A stretch of 64,000 nucleotides of DNA from Neodothiora populina. Lineage: Eukaryota. The number at the start of each line of letters is the position of its first letter. Position 1 is the stretch's first letter. The notes under the pieces are model-generated. The model was not told the DNA's origin, searched no databases, and saw only the letters and a list, made by a program, of their open reading frames with translations. The stretch lies in the NCBI RefSeq assembly GCF_041146345.1, contig NW_027191413.1, positions 2,356,001 through 2,420,000 of the forward strand. Reading direction: 5' to 3'. The position numbers were made by a program, and so were the translations under genes. Positions 38,136-51,639 of the stretch are shown here, in pieces.

Positions 38136-39380
38136 AACCACTAGAACCAAAACAGAGGCACGATATTCGAGGGAAGGATAAGGAGAGGCTGAAAAGAGAT
38201 CTCCTGCGTGCTTGAACTATCAAAAGTATATACATATATCAAATTTCCCGGGAAGAACAGAAGAGGAAAGTCGAATTAGGAAAATGCCTTTTCTTGTTGT
38301 CATCAAGACAGATCATCTCCTCATTCCAACCGATGTTGTCTTCTCCGCCCCCTCTATTTCCAAATGTTATCGTTCTACTCTCAACCTTCTTGAAACCTTG
38401 CCCGCCCTCTTCAGTTATAGATCCACCAACCTCCCCAATCAATTGCTGATCAGTGCCCACATTTTTCCCGAAAAGAGCAAACAAGTCTTGGCGTTTCCTT
38501 GAGTTTCATCATTACAATCACTCGAGGTCCGAGGCAACTCGGCTGAGGTGTTTTACGAAGCTGACTTTACCTCCGCCGCCGCCGTCGTCGTCGTGCTACC
38601 ATTCACAAGCAGGATATATGTCATCGATCGTGCAGTGTAGCAATTGTAGCATGTCTGTTTGACGAACATCTCTGCGTCTATTGGAAAGACAAAAAAGGCG
38701 AATAAATCAAAACAGAGAGAAAGCTGTAGCGCGTGACACTGCCCTCGGTCACTTGGAGTCCATACTTAGCAAAGCAACCGAGTCCCAAAAGTGGAGTGAC
38801 TTTTCATCATGCGTGTATAGTCTCTTTATAATCTTTTGGTAGTCGGTTTCTTGGTTTTGCTCTCCTCCCCCCTACCACGGACAGAAAAGAGAAAGACCTG
38901 CGGACCCAAAACAACAGGACAGGAAGGGCTGAGAAAATTAAATAGTAGGACCACTTTTGTCCCATGACTTGCCCTTTTTGAAACACGAAAAAGAGAGACC
39001 GGGACTGTGCACACGCTCACACTTACTCAAACACTATCTTCTGTACTGTAAAGACGGTCGCCGACAACGGGTGGGGTCGTGTCGGTCTTTTCGCCACTTG
39101 TGTCCAGGTGTTCAGGGTGGTATTACGGTAATTGTATGTGCATCATCTGTTCAGGAACCAAGGACGAAACACTCTACACGGTCGGGACAGCTGCTTATTT
39201 TCTTAAACTTGTTTCACCACTCTATATTACTCCTTTGGGATCTTTGTCTTGCTCTGGCAACCTATACGTCCTGTCCTCTCTTAATTGGATCGATCTTACG
39301 GACTTTGCTTCCTGCTTTCTTGAAGCATACACACATTATACATATACACTCATAAATATCCACGCACGGCGCAAAACACA

Positions 39381-40374
39381 ATGGCAGACGTGCGCCACCG
39401 AAAGGTAGCATTACCAGCCGCAGCAGTCCCCGCAAATGAAAACGACAAGAGCTCCAACAACAACAATATACCGCAAAGCAACAGCAAGAACAACACAAAC
39501 AGCCTCGGAGTGACGGATGTCCTGCGTATACTGGGCGGGTTATTGCTGCTCAATTGTGCCATCAGCTATTTCGTCACCAACAGTAGTGTGACGTGGGGAT
39601 GGAGGCCTTGGTATTCCAAACCGGGGGAGTTGAGGGCTTGGATGGTGAGTGTTCATTTCTTTCTTCTCGCGAGGGTGTATGTCTGCATAGGACTACAAGG
39701 GTATATGGATATGATGAAGAGCAGAGTCGAGGAAGCGACCTTGTATCCCCATGGATGAGGCAACCAGAGTATCTTCGCATACACATATCAAGCAAAACCA
39801 CACATCACAGCAACAAATCACTAATACTCTACGACCACAGGCCGGCCCCCTCCAACTCACAGACGCTGAACTAGCGCAATACGACGGCGCCGACCCTTCA
39901 AAACCAATCTACATCGCGCTGAACGGCACAATCTACGACGTGACGGCCGGCGCACGCATGTACGGCCCCGGAGGCAGCTACCACTTCTTCGCCGGACGAG
40001 ACGCGGCGCGGGCGTTCGTGACGGGGTGTTTCGCCGAGGACTTGACGCCGGACCTGCGCGGCGCCGAGATGGCGTTTGTGCCTGTTGACGACGACGCTGA
40101 AGAGATTGGGCCTGATGGCGAATTGGTGCGCAAGGGAGGGAGCTCGGGGCCTACGAAGGCGGAGCTGAAGATCAGACGTGAGAGAGACCTTAGGGCTGCG
40201 CGCAAGAGAGTGCATGATACTATCGAGGGCTGGAGTAAGATGTTTAAAGGAGATGGAGGCAAGAATTACTTCAAGGTCGGCATGGTCAAGAGGGACCCTG
40301 ATTGGCTTGATCGTCTGCCTAAGAGACAGTTGTGTCAGAGGGCGCAGGAGGGACGGCCCAAGAGGAAGGAGTGA
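39381..40374 (+). CDS. Cytochrome b5-like heme/steroid-binding membrane protein (MAPR family)
   Basis: Exons 39381-39644 and 39841-40374; TM helix followed by ELAQYDG..IYIALNGTIYDVT..YGPGGSYHFFAGRDAARAF. Confidence 0.9.
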
Positions 40375-40924
40375 GCTTGTCTCTAGCTTTGACTCTGTGG
40401 TTATAGAACATAACAAGCATATCCTGCACGATTGCACTGCTTCATGTGGATTACCAGCTGTTAAGAATGATTCACTGCCTCTCTCGTAGCCTCCAGGTTC
40501 GAGCGATGAACATTCGATGCGCATTTCGCGAAAAGTCTATAGGGCGTAAGGCGATTGTGGATGTTCGAAATGGCCTTGGGCGGTCCTGTGTCTCGGCCCA
40601 AAATGTATAGTGGGAAGGGAAGCCTTCGGCACGCATGTCAAAGCAGTCTGCAACAGTGCAAGCTACAAATCACTCTTCCTCAAGTTGGCGGGCCGATAAA
40701 TTGGGAGTGCGAATGCTCGTGGATTTCATTCCTATGGATGTGCCCAATCCATGTACAGTTTGATTATTCCTGCATGCGAGCTACGTGAAAGTAAAGCACG
40801 AACGCCCAAAAACCGGTTCACCTAAGAACCTAGCCATGACACCAAGACCCATGGATCCTCCAAAACTATTCTGCTCCCTTTTTCGCTTTTGGCTCAGAGA
40901 GCGGGATATCCAGCATCGAGTCGT

Positions 40925-41454
40925 TTATTCGTCAGAACCACCAACGGCACGGGCTGTAGAAACAGAAATTAGTAGCTGTAGGGACAGAGAATAGCCGGGG
41001 GTTTGACATGTTACGCACTGTAGATGGTGCACTTGGAGTGAGCGACGACCTTGCGGATCTGGCCCTTCTCCTCGAGGTCGGCGAGAGCGCGACGGGCGAG
41101 CGAACCGTTGATCTTGAGACGATCGACGAGGGTGGCGACGGTCACGAGGCGGTAGGACTGGACATCCTTCTGGAGCTTGTCGTTGGTCTGCTTGTCGAGA
41201 ACGACGGCGTGCTGGGCCTTGTCCTTGACTGTTAGAGCGAGAAATGTCAGTACCGTGCTATCCTGGATGTGCGACTTGTCGATGATGATGGTATCATGGA
41301 GGAGCTGTGCCGATGGAAAGGCGTGTTCTGCATACCCTTGCCCTTGGACCACTTCTTCTTTTGCTTCTTTCCGCCGGTTGCTGCGGGTGCCTGAAATCCG
41401 ATGTCAACTCTCGAGTCCCGAATAATATATAGGGTGATAGCGTCGACGTACCAT
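40925..41454 (-). CDS. RPS25: 40S ribosomal protein S25 (eS25)
   Basis: Exons 41454-41452 (ATG only), 41390-41336, 41228-41019, 40953-40925: MAPAATGGKKQKKKWSKGKVKDKAQHAV...RLKINGSLARRAL...IYTRAVGGSDE. Confidence 0.96.
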
Positions 41455-41540
41455 TTTGTCGATTGTCGTGGGTGGTTAATCACTGAGTTCGCCTGGGAGT
41501 GCGCTTTGAAGTAACCTGAATTCTGAATTCGCCTTGTGGG

Positions 41541-41548
41541 GTCACGTG
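41541..41548. promoter_or_regulatory. GTCACGTG E-box (Cbf1-type bHLH site) upstream of RPS25
   Basis: Exact motif about 90 nt upstream of the ATG; function inferred. Confidence 0.4.
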
Positions 41549-42448
41549 CGTTGCCCCAATGTCTTGGCGCTGCATACGCGACCAGACCCCAGGCATATGC
41601 AAGAACGTGTCGTGAGCATATCGCGAGTTCGAATATCTTCAGTATATCGACAATATCTAATCAATCAGTATCTTTCAATAAATCATCACCTGATCCGGAA
41701 TGAGCTGCGCCTTGATAAACAGGAAAAGCTGCAGCCATATCTCATCTGTGGATTCACACCAGGTTCTTTGATTGTGAGGCTTTCTACATATTGTTGTTGT
41801 AGCGGTGCAGCTCAGCATGCATGCACGTATGCATCATAAGCGCCTGCACTGTCCCGCTGGCCGGACTGGCATGATGTTCCCAGGGCGGCCTACGACACCG
41901 CCTTATCTTGCTGTTTCATTGCAATCATCGCAGGGCCGATGTAAGGTCGAAAGCCCTCAAAACAGCAATTGAGCAAGCATGAGAGAAGTGGGAGTCCTGA
42001 ATACTTTTGTCATCACAAGGTCGCATCAATTTGCGTGATAGTAAGCCTGACAACAGGAAGCCAACTACTCAGGTAATCAACTTAGTGACCGGCCTCGTGC
42101 TTGGTGACACAGCGGGGACAAGTAATCAATGATCTGTATCGCCTTGCACGTCAATCTAAATTGCTTGTCATTTTGTTGTTATTCCAAATCTCACCTTTAC
42201 GAGTTCGCCTCTACGGCGCAATTGTACTTGCCATCGAGCCTGTTGCTATTTTCTGAACCTCCCACGAAGTCTTGAAGCACTTTCAAAGCAATAGCGTCGA
42301 CATAGCCTCGTACACAGTGCTTTCAGCCTTGCTCAGCCTTTGATAGGCATCATAAATTTACCCACCATAGAGTCAACGCTGCAGCGTCTGGCATCCCACT
42401 GCCATCCATATTCTGGACACATGGTGCGCTTCTGCGCCGACATCTCCA

Positions 42449-43510
42449 ATGCGACCGCGAGCGCAAAGCTACAGATCGCTTAATAATCCTGCTGCTAGTC
42501 GCGACAATATCAAGGTGAGTGCCTGTCGAGACAAAGGCCGAGTGCTGCCTGCGCTGACACTGCCTATAGTGGGTGTGGAGATGCGTGGCAATCATCGCAT
42601 TCTGTCTGACATTAGGCGGGTAAGTGTGATGACCACAAGCTTCCGAGTATAACGTTGTTCTGACCGATGGTGCAGCTTCTTCATCCTTCCTCCTACTTTT
42701 GACTTTGACCCTCAGCTCCGTGTGAGCGGGATTGCATTGGGTGTCTTCGGCGTGGCTTTCCTGGTCGTTGGCTTCTCTCTGACCGGGCTTTTGTGGCTCA
42801 CATGTAACAACTGGTTATTCCTTGCCGACTTTGTGTTCCTTCCCATCTCAACAGCATGCACTCTTGGCCTCCTCAACACCCTTTATTGCTTCTTCATCGG
42901 CAAGCGTTATGTCTGGAATATAGCCGCCCTCCTTACCACCATCGGATCTGCAGTATTTGCCCTTGTGTACGCCGTCCTGTTCTACATTGCGCGCCGGAAA
43001 GCAGGCATGATCCGCAAGAGCCATGAGTCGAACGTGCTTCTCACGCGCAGCTCAGGTAACCACATTCAGGGGCAAAGCTATCATGCACCCATATACTTCC
43101 AGAACCACTTGGCGAATATGTATCCCGCATCACAGTCATACATCAATCATGAGCTCGCCAACTCTCTCGACGAGTCTATGGAGGAGGACCGCACGCGGCA
43201 ACAAATGCTGATGCTGCTGGCCAAACTCCCTGAATCCCAGATCAGTCCGGATCCGTCGACCAGTACGTTCAATCGGATCGATTTCACGCCCACCGACGAG
43301 CCCGAGCAGCCAGGACAGCCTAATGGATCCCCGATCCTACGCCACGATCATTATGGACATTCAGCCCCGAGGTCACCGGTGCATAGCTCAAATCGAAGCT
43401 GGGGCGGCAGCACTGCTCATCGATCTTGGGATGGCATACGACGGACCGGGCCCTCCATTGATCCTGCGGTCCGCGAACAACGCAGACGAGAAATAGAGCA
43501 GAGCAGATGA
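42449..43510 (+). CDS. Hypothetical multi-pass membrane protein (about 4 TM helices plus low-complexity C-terminal tail)
   Basis: Exons 42449-42514, 42570-42619, 42676-43510 with canonical GTGAGT/GTAAGT..CTGAC..YAG introns that preserve frame. Confidence 0.8.
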
Positions 43511-44525
43511 GCTTTGCCGGCACACTACTATGACCCTTGTGACATTAATGCATGGTGCGAACGGTGTAATGGGCATGGCGTCTTGACGGAAGCAGAGGGA
43601 TATACCACGGCTATCATTTCTTTCAGCTATATTGTATGTTATTATTTTATCACTTTTCCATCTCAAGGCTATCATTGAGTCAGTGCCATTCCTCCAGCTC
43701 AAGAAGCGTCCCATCCAATCACTTGGTATATATCGGATCAGCCATATAGCCGTATAGCAGCAAAAACAACCTGACTTGGTGCGAAGAAATCCAACTGTGC
43801 AAAACTCCGGGCCTAGGTTCCGATATCCGTGAGCAAGCCACCGACTCCGCGGATCCAGTCCAAGGATCGGATTTACAAGATAGTGCGGCTGAGGAAGACA
43901 CACGACTTTCACACACTCTAGTCTTAATAACGACGCATCGAAGAATCTATTGGCGGGAAGAAGATAATCAGGAGTCAGACATCTATGACCCGCACGATAT
44001 AGGATCGCGCCCACTTTCTCAATGTGTAATTATACTGCACAAGTCCGAGACTCCGCGATCGGTCAGGCAGGTCCAAGCGCATGCGCTTTGTTTTGCGGGG
44101 GCTGCGCCGGTACATGTTGTACATTCTGTGGCCGCTTAATACCCATGTTGTGGCTCGCTTGGCAGTTGATACAGACAATGCCGGCTCATGGAGATTGTAT
44201 TGGTGGCTGCAATGCCATTGTATTATATGTTGGAAGAGAACTACCGTGATTGTAGATAGCAATCACATCTCTAGACTGTGGATAGATTAGCTAGTGTACA
44301 ATATTGTAGTATCGTGCCGACAAAGCCGAGTGACTCGTCAGCTACTCACTCCGTCACTCACTTCGCTACATCGCCATGTTCTCCCCTCTCTGCGAATGTT
44401 CATTCAAGAGGAACAAACAGTAACCCACGCTTTTTATACTCCTTTGCCCGTAATCATACGAGCGAATCCCACCCAAGATTGACGCGATTTAAGCTGTCCA
44501 TTAAACATACAAATCCTGGCGCTCG

Positions 44526-44553
44526 TGATAAGTGATAAGTGATAGCGTGATAA
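44526..44553. promoter_or_regulatory. Cluster of four TGATAR (GATA-factor) sites
   Basis: TGATAA at 44526, 44533 and 44548; TGATAG at 44540. Confidence 0.35.
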
Positions 44554-44664
44554 ACCGAATCATTCTCCCTAATCTAAAGCACTTTCTATAGTAGAAAGAC
44601 GGTGTCGGTGCGTTGAAGTCAGTACACTTGTAGGCACTCACAGACTTGCCGCAAGGGTTTCCAT

Positions 44665-44714
44665 CATCATCATCAGTAGATCATTTCCTCATCATCATCA
44701 GTAGATCATTTCCT
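44665..44714. repeat. Perfect 25-bp tandem duplication CATCATCATCAGTAGATCATTTCCT
   Basis: Copies at 44665-44689 and 44690-44714, in the 3' region of the downstream minus-strand gene. Confidence 0.85.
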
Positions 44715-44784
44715 CGTAGATGAACACTGTTACTAGAAAGAGTCAAACTTCTGAAATGCGAGGAATGGCCGCTTTTTGTGTGTC

Positions 44785-46032
44785 CTAGCTCGTGACTTCA
44801 GACGAGGGAGAAATAAGATCTAGACACTTTATCAGGACTGCTTTCTTTGTCAGCAGTGTTCAGATAGATTGAGCAGTTCAAGATGACCTACGCTCCAAGA
44901 TCTCTTCCTCGGCCACGCCCATTTGATAGTCTACAAGGCCGAAGGCGGAAATTCCATCGCAGAGTTTGACGAGTTCTTGACCGAGCTCCTCCATGTCCTC
45001 AGGATCTAGCAACGATTGAGGGTGTTGCATCTGCTGACTTCCACTTGCAATGATATCGCGAGTGAGATCCAGCTGCGCTTGTAACGTCGTAAGCCATGTG
45101 TTGTTAAATGTCTCCCATAGCTTGAGCCTTTCATCATAGAGGCTTTTGTCATCCTTGTCAAGGCCTGATTCTGTGAGTCAGTTGACTTCAGCTCGTTGCA
45201 CATTCTAGTATACAGTGTGTTGGCGCGTACCTAAGGCTGCAGCGTTGCCCAGCAGATAGTGCGAGATGTGCAGCAAGCAGTCTCGAGTATCTTTGAGTCG
45301 GCGATCCTTGACCAGGGTGAATATTGCCTTTGCCTTGATCTGGTAGGTTTCGTAGGCTTTATCTATGTCTGGAATGCTCCGCGAACTCGGCTGTATCGGA
45401 CCTTGTGCTCTGCCACCAAAGCTGCTAGGCGGCAGCATTTGTCCCGTTGCTTGTTCATTACCCCCGAAACTTGAGCTTTGCGTGTACGAGAATGATTCGA
45501 AGGAAGTAGGGTTGCTGCTGCTTCCCATCGTCGAATTTGTAGCAGGGAATTGAGTCGGTTGGCCGTTGGCAAAGTATTGCGACTGTGGTGTTGGAATAGA
45601 GTACTGCGAAGACGTCGACGCAATACTTGCATGCCGGTCAACTGCAGCCTGATAGCGCTGCATGTGGTCCTGAGATGGCTGGTCCGAGGATGGTGTTGCT
45701 TGTTCGCCATAAAAGTATGCATGATTGTACTGACTCGTGGGTTGCTGCGCTTGGTACGGGGCAGCATAACCCAGAGACTCGGCGCTGGTATACTGATTGA
45801 AGTGCGATCCACTACGCTGCAAAGAGCTTTGTGGATACCCGCTGGACTCCATGAACCCCTGAGTTGGTATCGCAAACGCTTGCGAAGGTTCTGTCACCGA
45901 ACTCGATTGGACGGCGGTAGGGTGTCTAAATCGCGCCGCCATGTTCGAGGTCCCGTATGAAGTCTGCAGCGCGCTTGGGCTTCTTTCATCATAATGGCGA
46001 TACATTCTGATAGACTCTTCATTTTGGTCCAT
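44785..46032 (-). CDS. Conserved-looking fungal hypothetical protein: Q/S/Y-rich N-terminus and helical C-terminal domain
   Basis: Exons 46032-45231, 45164-44892, 44837-44785; C-terminal YLLGNAAALGLDKDD..ERLKLWETFNNTWL..ELVKLCDG..GLVDYQMGVAEEEIL reads through two canonical introns. Confidence 0.8.
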
Positions 46033-48291
46033 ACCCAGGAGCGAAAGCTCCTTCAAGTGACAGCCTTGCCGTAGGGATGGCAACAACGGCGTGGCATGAA
46101 CACGCGCCAGTTCGACGGTGAGAGTGTGTTAGGAGGCGGTCACACTCCAGTCGATAGCGATGCTCACTTCTGACTTGTGGACAGTCGCTATGCTTTAGCG
46201 GACATGTGAAAGCTTAACCCTGGCGAATTGTGTCTTGGTATGCAAGGAGGCACTGTGATTGTCAACGTGCAGGACCTACTGAGACCTGGCTTTCCAAAAT
46301 GCTGGTAGTGCTTGGTGATGAATGCAATTGCATGAACGAGTTGCAATTGGACTCAATGGATCGGGCTGGAAGACGATTGGCGCGTTCGCTGGTCTGCTAT
46401 TGGAGGGAGAAAAGACAACACTATCAAAGACTCCAGTTACTAGTATAAATATACCATTAGCAAGATTGTTTTCGCAGGCATATGCGCCTCTCTCCTATAG
46501 ATGTATGGAGCACATGGAGCGAGGGCAAGAGATACAAGGCCATCAACATACATTTACGGATTCGTAAAAGGTGCCGTGTCTGCAAGCTCGAGTTACAGTA
46601 GATCTGATCTTCCTAATATGTTCTTTCCTATTATGACGGCGAGAGCCGTTTATTTATGACCAAGTAGTACTGGTAGCGGTCTATGTGCCGCAAGCGTACC
46701 TGACCGGCTGGAGTTTCTGGGCCGGACTTGGGTTGTTGACATGCAGAAGGTTGCGGATAAGGACGATTTGACAAAGTCAGTATGATTGCAGATGTAAGGC
46801 ATTTGTTGTTGACTATCAGATGAGTCCTAAGGCAGGGTCTCGTCTCGTCGAACCTGAAAAGCGATGATAGGCTCCCTGAGAGGCGAAAGTGGATACTGCA
46901 TCTACGGGGTGCATGACCAGATTGCTCTTGCTTCGATGCAGGCCGAGGCTCTATTTGGTTACTGGGAGAAGATGGAAATGGCGTCTAGGCAGGTAGGACT
47001 AAGACCCTCATCCTTGTGTCCCCAAAAATCGTCAACGAGAATACAGATCGTGTTTACACAGAATCGGTATGCTAGAAGACGCTGACTGGTGAGAAAGCCA
47101 TCACTAGCGGCGAAGCTCGGTAGCTTGATGGCTCGCCGCATCGCCATTGGACATTCCCGGCACAGGGTTAGTGTAGTAGAGGCCGCACAGCGACAACCGT
47201 GCTTTAGTGTCCGATACCGACGAGGACTGGATGTAATGTGAGCAAGCCGTCTTTCGTAAGGCAAGCCTGATACAGTACTGTAGATCTGCCCGTGAATCGT
47301 TCATGGCATTCACCAAGGAACCGCCAAACTCCTAGGTATGTCTGACGGCACATGACAGGTCTATGCTTTCTCTAAGAGCTTGGTCCAATGTCCGAGGATG
47401 AGTATCAGTGACAACACGATTGATAGGGATGACAGCTCGAAAGTACAGTTCATGCACAGTAGTGGGGCAATCTTAACATGGTCGTCGCTAAGGCCAACAC
47501 TTGAATTGAACCGTCTTGGGAAGGTTTGAGCTCGAGGATTTTGTGTGATCGAGAGAAGACATGCCGGTCAACACTAGGCATGCGTTCACCCTGGGACACT
47601 AAAATACTGGTGTGTGGTCAAGGTTCACAAGCCGTTTGATAGAGTGCTGTGTGCTCGGGGAAGTGCGTCAGCTTCCATGTTTCAGAGTCGTCCATTCCGG
47701 ATGAGTACATAGCAGGATGCCAAGAAGACCCGGACTCTTCCCATCGGCCGTCGTATGGATTGTACAACGGACATATGCCGTCAAGGCTGAGAATAGAGAA
47801 GTGATACAGAAAATGTGCCGGACGTGCTGATCCGGCTATACGAAGCGGGAAGGCCCGTTTGGCAAAGTCAAAGGTAAAATGCAAGGCACCGTCGGTACAT
47901 TGCCCCAAGTAGGGTCAATCATTACCTCACGCAGGACCTCATTCAGAGCAAGGATAGACTGAATTGTGGAGGGGGGCCATACCAGTCCATCGTTCCAAGG
48001 GATTGAGCGACTTCCGAGGAAGGCCCGGACCCGTTGGTGAAACCAGACTTACCTTGCATGGTGCATGCATCTCTGTCATGATAATCAAATCCTACAGGCC
48101 AGATATTCTTCTGAGATGACATGGCTTTTAAGATTGCGCCAGGAACTGTGTGATCTAGTTCAGAGAGGAGAATCAGGATCATATCGCTATAATTGATCGG
48201 TGTTTCGGACTCTGATCGAGAACCCATTACTCCCGATCAAACAGAAGTACAAGCCGCGAATGCTTCACATACAGTATTAGGTTGAAGTATT

Positions 48292-49094
48292 ATGCACCCA
48301 GACGTCAAAAGATGGCTATAGAGATTGATGTCTTCAAGAGACTGGCCTAGTAAGTATGTCCACGAGCGTTTAGAGCTCGAGTTGCTCGAGGTCTAACTGA
48401 GTACAAGATCCAGGCCAACACATTTTGGAATGGACCGCAGCAGTGATTGATCAAGTCTTACAGACTTGGGCACAATGGCTGCACAAGTTCTGACAGTATT
48501 TTAGACACGGATGACCTGTATAGGTCCGCGTGCAGCAGATCATGCCTCCGAATTGGGTTGACCTGCTTGTCGCTCTACCCATTAGTGTCACTTAGACGAC
48601 CGATATCTTACATGAAATTGTATCAGGACTCGATGACGAAATCATGTCTACGATGAAGCAATACAATCACAATCAACAGTGTAGGAGGTTGCATGGTTAA
48701 GGGGTACTTCCACACAACTCAGCACGTTCTACTAGAAAACCTAGATGTGTCTGGCAAGTAACAGATTGTTCTTGTGACCCTTCATTGTAATGGATAGGTG
48801 GAAGAACGATGTGCTGTAATAGGGCTATGTAGTAGGATCGTCAAGGCAATTCTGAATAAGTGAACTGCCGTATTCCACGAACTTTCCTTCTTGCGAAACC
48901 CTGTCGACTTGGAAAGGCCAGAGACGGGGTGCGACGATCTGTCCGATCAGCCTAAATTCTTGAGCATCAATTTGGTAGATGTTACAACGAGTCTCTTCAA
49001 GCTAGACGCCAGTGTTGCTGCCCTTAAGAAGACCGTCCATAAGAATGCGGGAGCTGCGAGAATCAAACAACCGCTTGACCGATTATTAACGTAG
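48292..49094 (+). pseudogene. Possible decayed spliced gene
   Basis: ATG 48292, canonical intron 48350-48413 (GTAAGT..CTAAC..CAG), protein-like frame broken by TAG/TGA/TAA stops; no family recognised. Confidence 0.25.
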
Positions 49095-51639
49095 ATCAAC
49101 CTAGCTGGGTCATCAAAGGCTGTTTGCCTCCTGCCGTGGCTGATGAACCCCTTATATATCTGATCTGAGCTTCAAACCTCTCATGTCCTGGCGTGAGAAG
49201 GCACCCAGGCTCCCGGTAAATATTGCAGACCTATGGGCCAGTGATGAGATGGCATGTCCTCTAAGGTAAGGTAGCGTTCCTTGCGAATGTACCTGCATAG
49301 GTACTTTCGTACTTTTACGATGGGCTTTTGCAAAAACGTGATTGTGATATCAGGCCTAGATGGCGGGAGGTGAAAACTGGTACTGCGTACGACTCATAGC
49401 AACCAGACTTAAGTGTAAGGCACATTGGCAGCTTTGGATCTGCAAGATCTCTGCAGCACAGACTTTGTCGTAGATGTTTCCGTGCAGGAGCCTGCTGCTC
49501 AATTTCTATTATGCATAAGACAATATTGCGGCTCAGAACGCCACAAACCAAGCTGAATTGTTGTGGCGCTGTCCTCAAACCGAACCGCACGAGTCCCTGG
49601 CCTTCTTGTGCGTGTATGGTTATGTTGTTCTCAGTGACGACCCCCGTCAAGCAAGATAGATTGCTGTCCTCATCTTACGATGGTGCCATAGCTTCTATGC
49701 AGGTTATCAGATGTGGATCTGACGAGTGGGAAATTTCTTAAGCACAGGTACCTTATGTAACATGGATTGCAGATCTACTGTACCATGGTCTTAGTGCAGT
49801 TGATGACGTTCAGCCACTAACCACAAGCACCCTCCCTATATGCTCGTAATGTAATCCATGTACAAGCACTGTCAAACAACGTACCAGGAAGCATGTCATC
49901 GGGGTGTCGTTGGAGAAGGCTTAGTCTCGCCGGGAACCTTCGCACAGATCAACGAAGTGACATCCAGGAAACCCCCACCCCCGCGCACTAAATGGCTATG
50001 CGGTAGCGTAGGGTAAAGTACTGTTGGCACTTATCACCTTCTACTACTGTTCAGTTGTCAAGGTACTGTAATATTCGATCTCGATCAGCTTTGACAAGGA
50101 TAGAGTACTCAGGGTCGTATAAGTGGCACCATGGAGGATCTGCACTTTTTACCATGCAGAACATGGCCACAAACCCTATTCATCGACAGTGCCATACGTA
50201 CGATGCGCATGTTGCGCATGTTGCGTGAAACACCGAATTTGCGAATGCAGTATTTGCTTCGCCATCATTGCGACTTACACTTTTTCAATGACATATGCAT
50301 GTGCCCAAGGTACGTAAGAAGGTTGTCGGAGGTAAGTCCGCCAAATAGTGAGTGGAGCACATTACAATCGCCGCGGTATGCAGTAAAACTGTTGCTCTCG
50401 TGCGTTCGAACCAGTATCGCTGAAGCAGGGGTTTTCAGTTAGAATGATTTGGCTCTTTGGACCGGACCAAACACCTCCCAGCGGCCTTCTTTCCGCTCTC
50501 TCGACGATACGATGATCGCTGTAGAATCCGACACTTGAAACCCATCGTGAAGCTAGACTCAACGCAGCTATGATGTGCTATTACTAAATTCCCAGCTTCT
50601 CCGGCACGTCTTCTGCCTTGTTCTTTTTAATCGATCAGGGCAGGATCATCAACACTGCGCTGATATGGCGCATGGCGGTGGCTAAGCTTTGTGTGTATAT
50701 GTGCGTCGTACCTTCGGCATTTGACGGGTCAAGTGAGCCGATATATTTTGGATGCATCGCATCTATGTTGTCGCGTCCTTTGAGAATATGCGACTGGTCG
50801 TGATGATCAGGATATTGATGTCCTTGTGACGATCAAGTTGGCCGAAGGATTGCGCCTCTATTGTTCGACATCTTGTGCTTTGCCGAATCAGGTCCAAAGA
50901 TCCTTACTTTCCTTGGAGAGGACCAGTCCTCGCTTGCACTTCACAGAGTGCCGATGCAATTGGTCTCGATTCGGGAGACCTGACAACAACAGTGTAAACT
51001 ATACCTTTGGCAAGGCGGACCGTGACATTGCCAGCACCACCGTGCCCTCTTGCCTTTGCCCTGAGAGTACACATGGCAGCATTAGAAGATGTGATTAGTT
51101 GTATCACTCTTGCGTGAGTATCTTGGCCTCTCTCTTCTTATTCCCGCGCTCCATCGGTCGAAGCAACTAGTCTTGTATCGAGAACAAGGTTCTGTCACTG
51201 CGATTGCCATTCTGGACTCCGCGCTCCCGTTGTATATTTCCTACGATCTCCTCGAGTAGCGAAGTGCCGAAACGTGCAGCATCCGTTCACAGCACAAGTC
51301 TCATCAGCGACCATTTTCCATACTGGTGGACTGGGTTCCTGCCTTCTACACCCCCCCGGCGTTCTTCGCCTTCATTTTCTTTTCTCTCCTCTGCCTCCCT
51401 TGTCTCTATCAGCTCAGATTACTACAATCACCTACCTATTCCACTATAGCATGCAGGTCTCATCTGGTGGTATCCGCAACGAGCACAGAAATCGGGTTAA
51501 TCTACCTAGGTAGGCACTATTGGTGACACTCTCTGAAGAGACACACACCACTTTGCCACCTTCCTCGAGACCTATTTGATATTCTACCGTCTTGTCCGAC
51601 GCGCTGCACTTGCTGTCTTTGCTTTCGACCGGCTCTACT

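Noticed and set aside
39645..39840. 196-nt MAPR intron with ATGATGA and inverted repeats
   Set aside because: No downstream D box and no convincing H/ACA layout.
43388..44014. 208-aa minus-strand ORF
   Set aside because: No ATG at its start, overlaps the end of the upstream gene, no recognisable domain.
47164..47171. CTAACCCT on the minus strand as a telomerase RNA template
   Set aside because: Only an 8-nt match with no recognisable pseudoknot or CR4/5 context; expected by chance.
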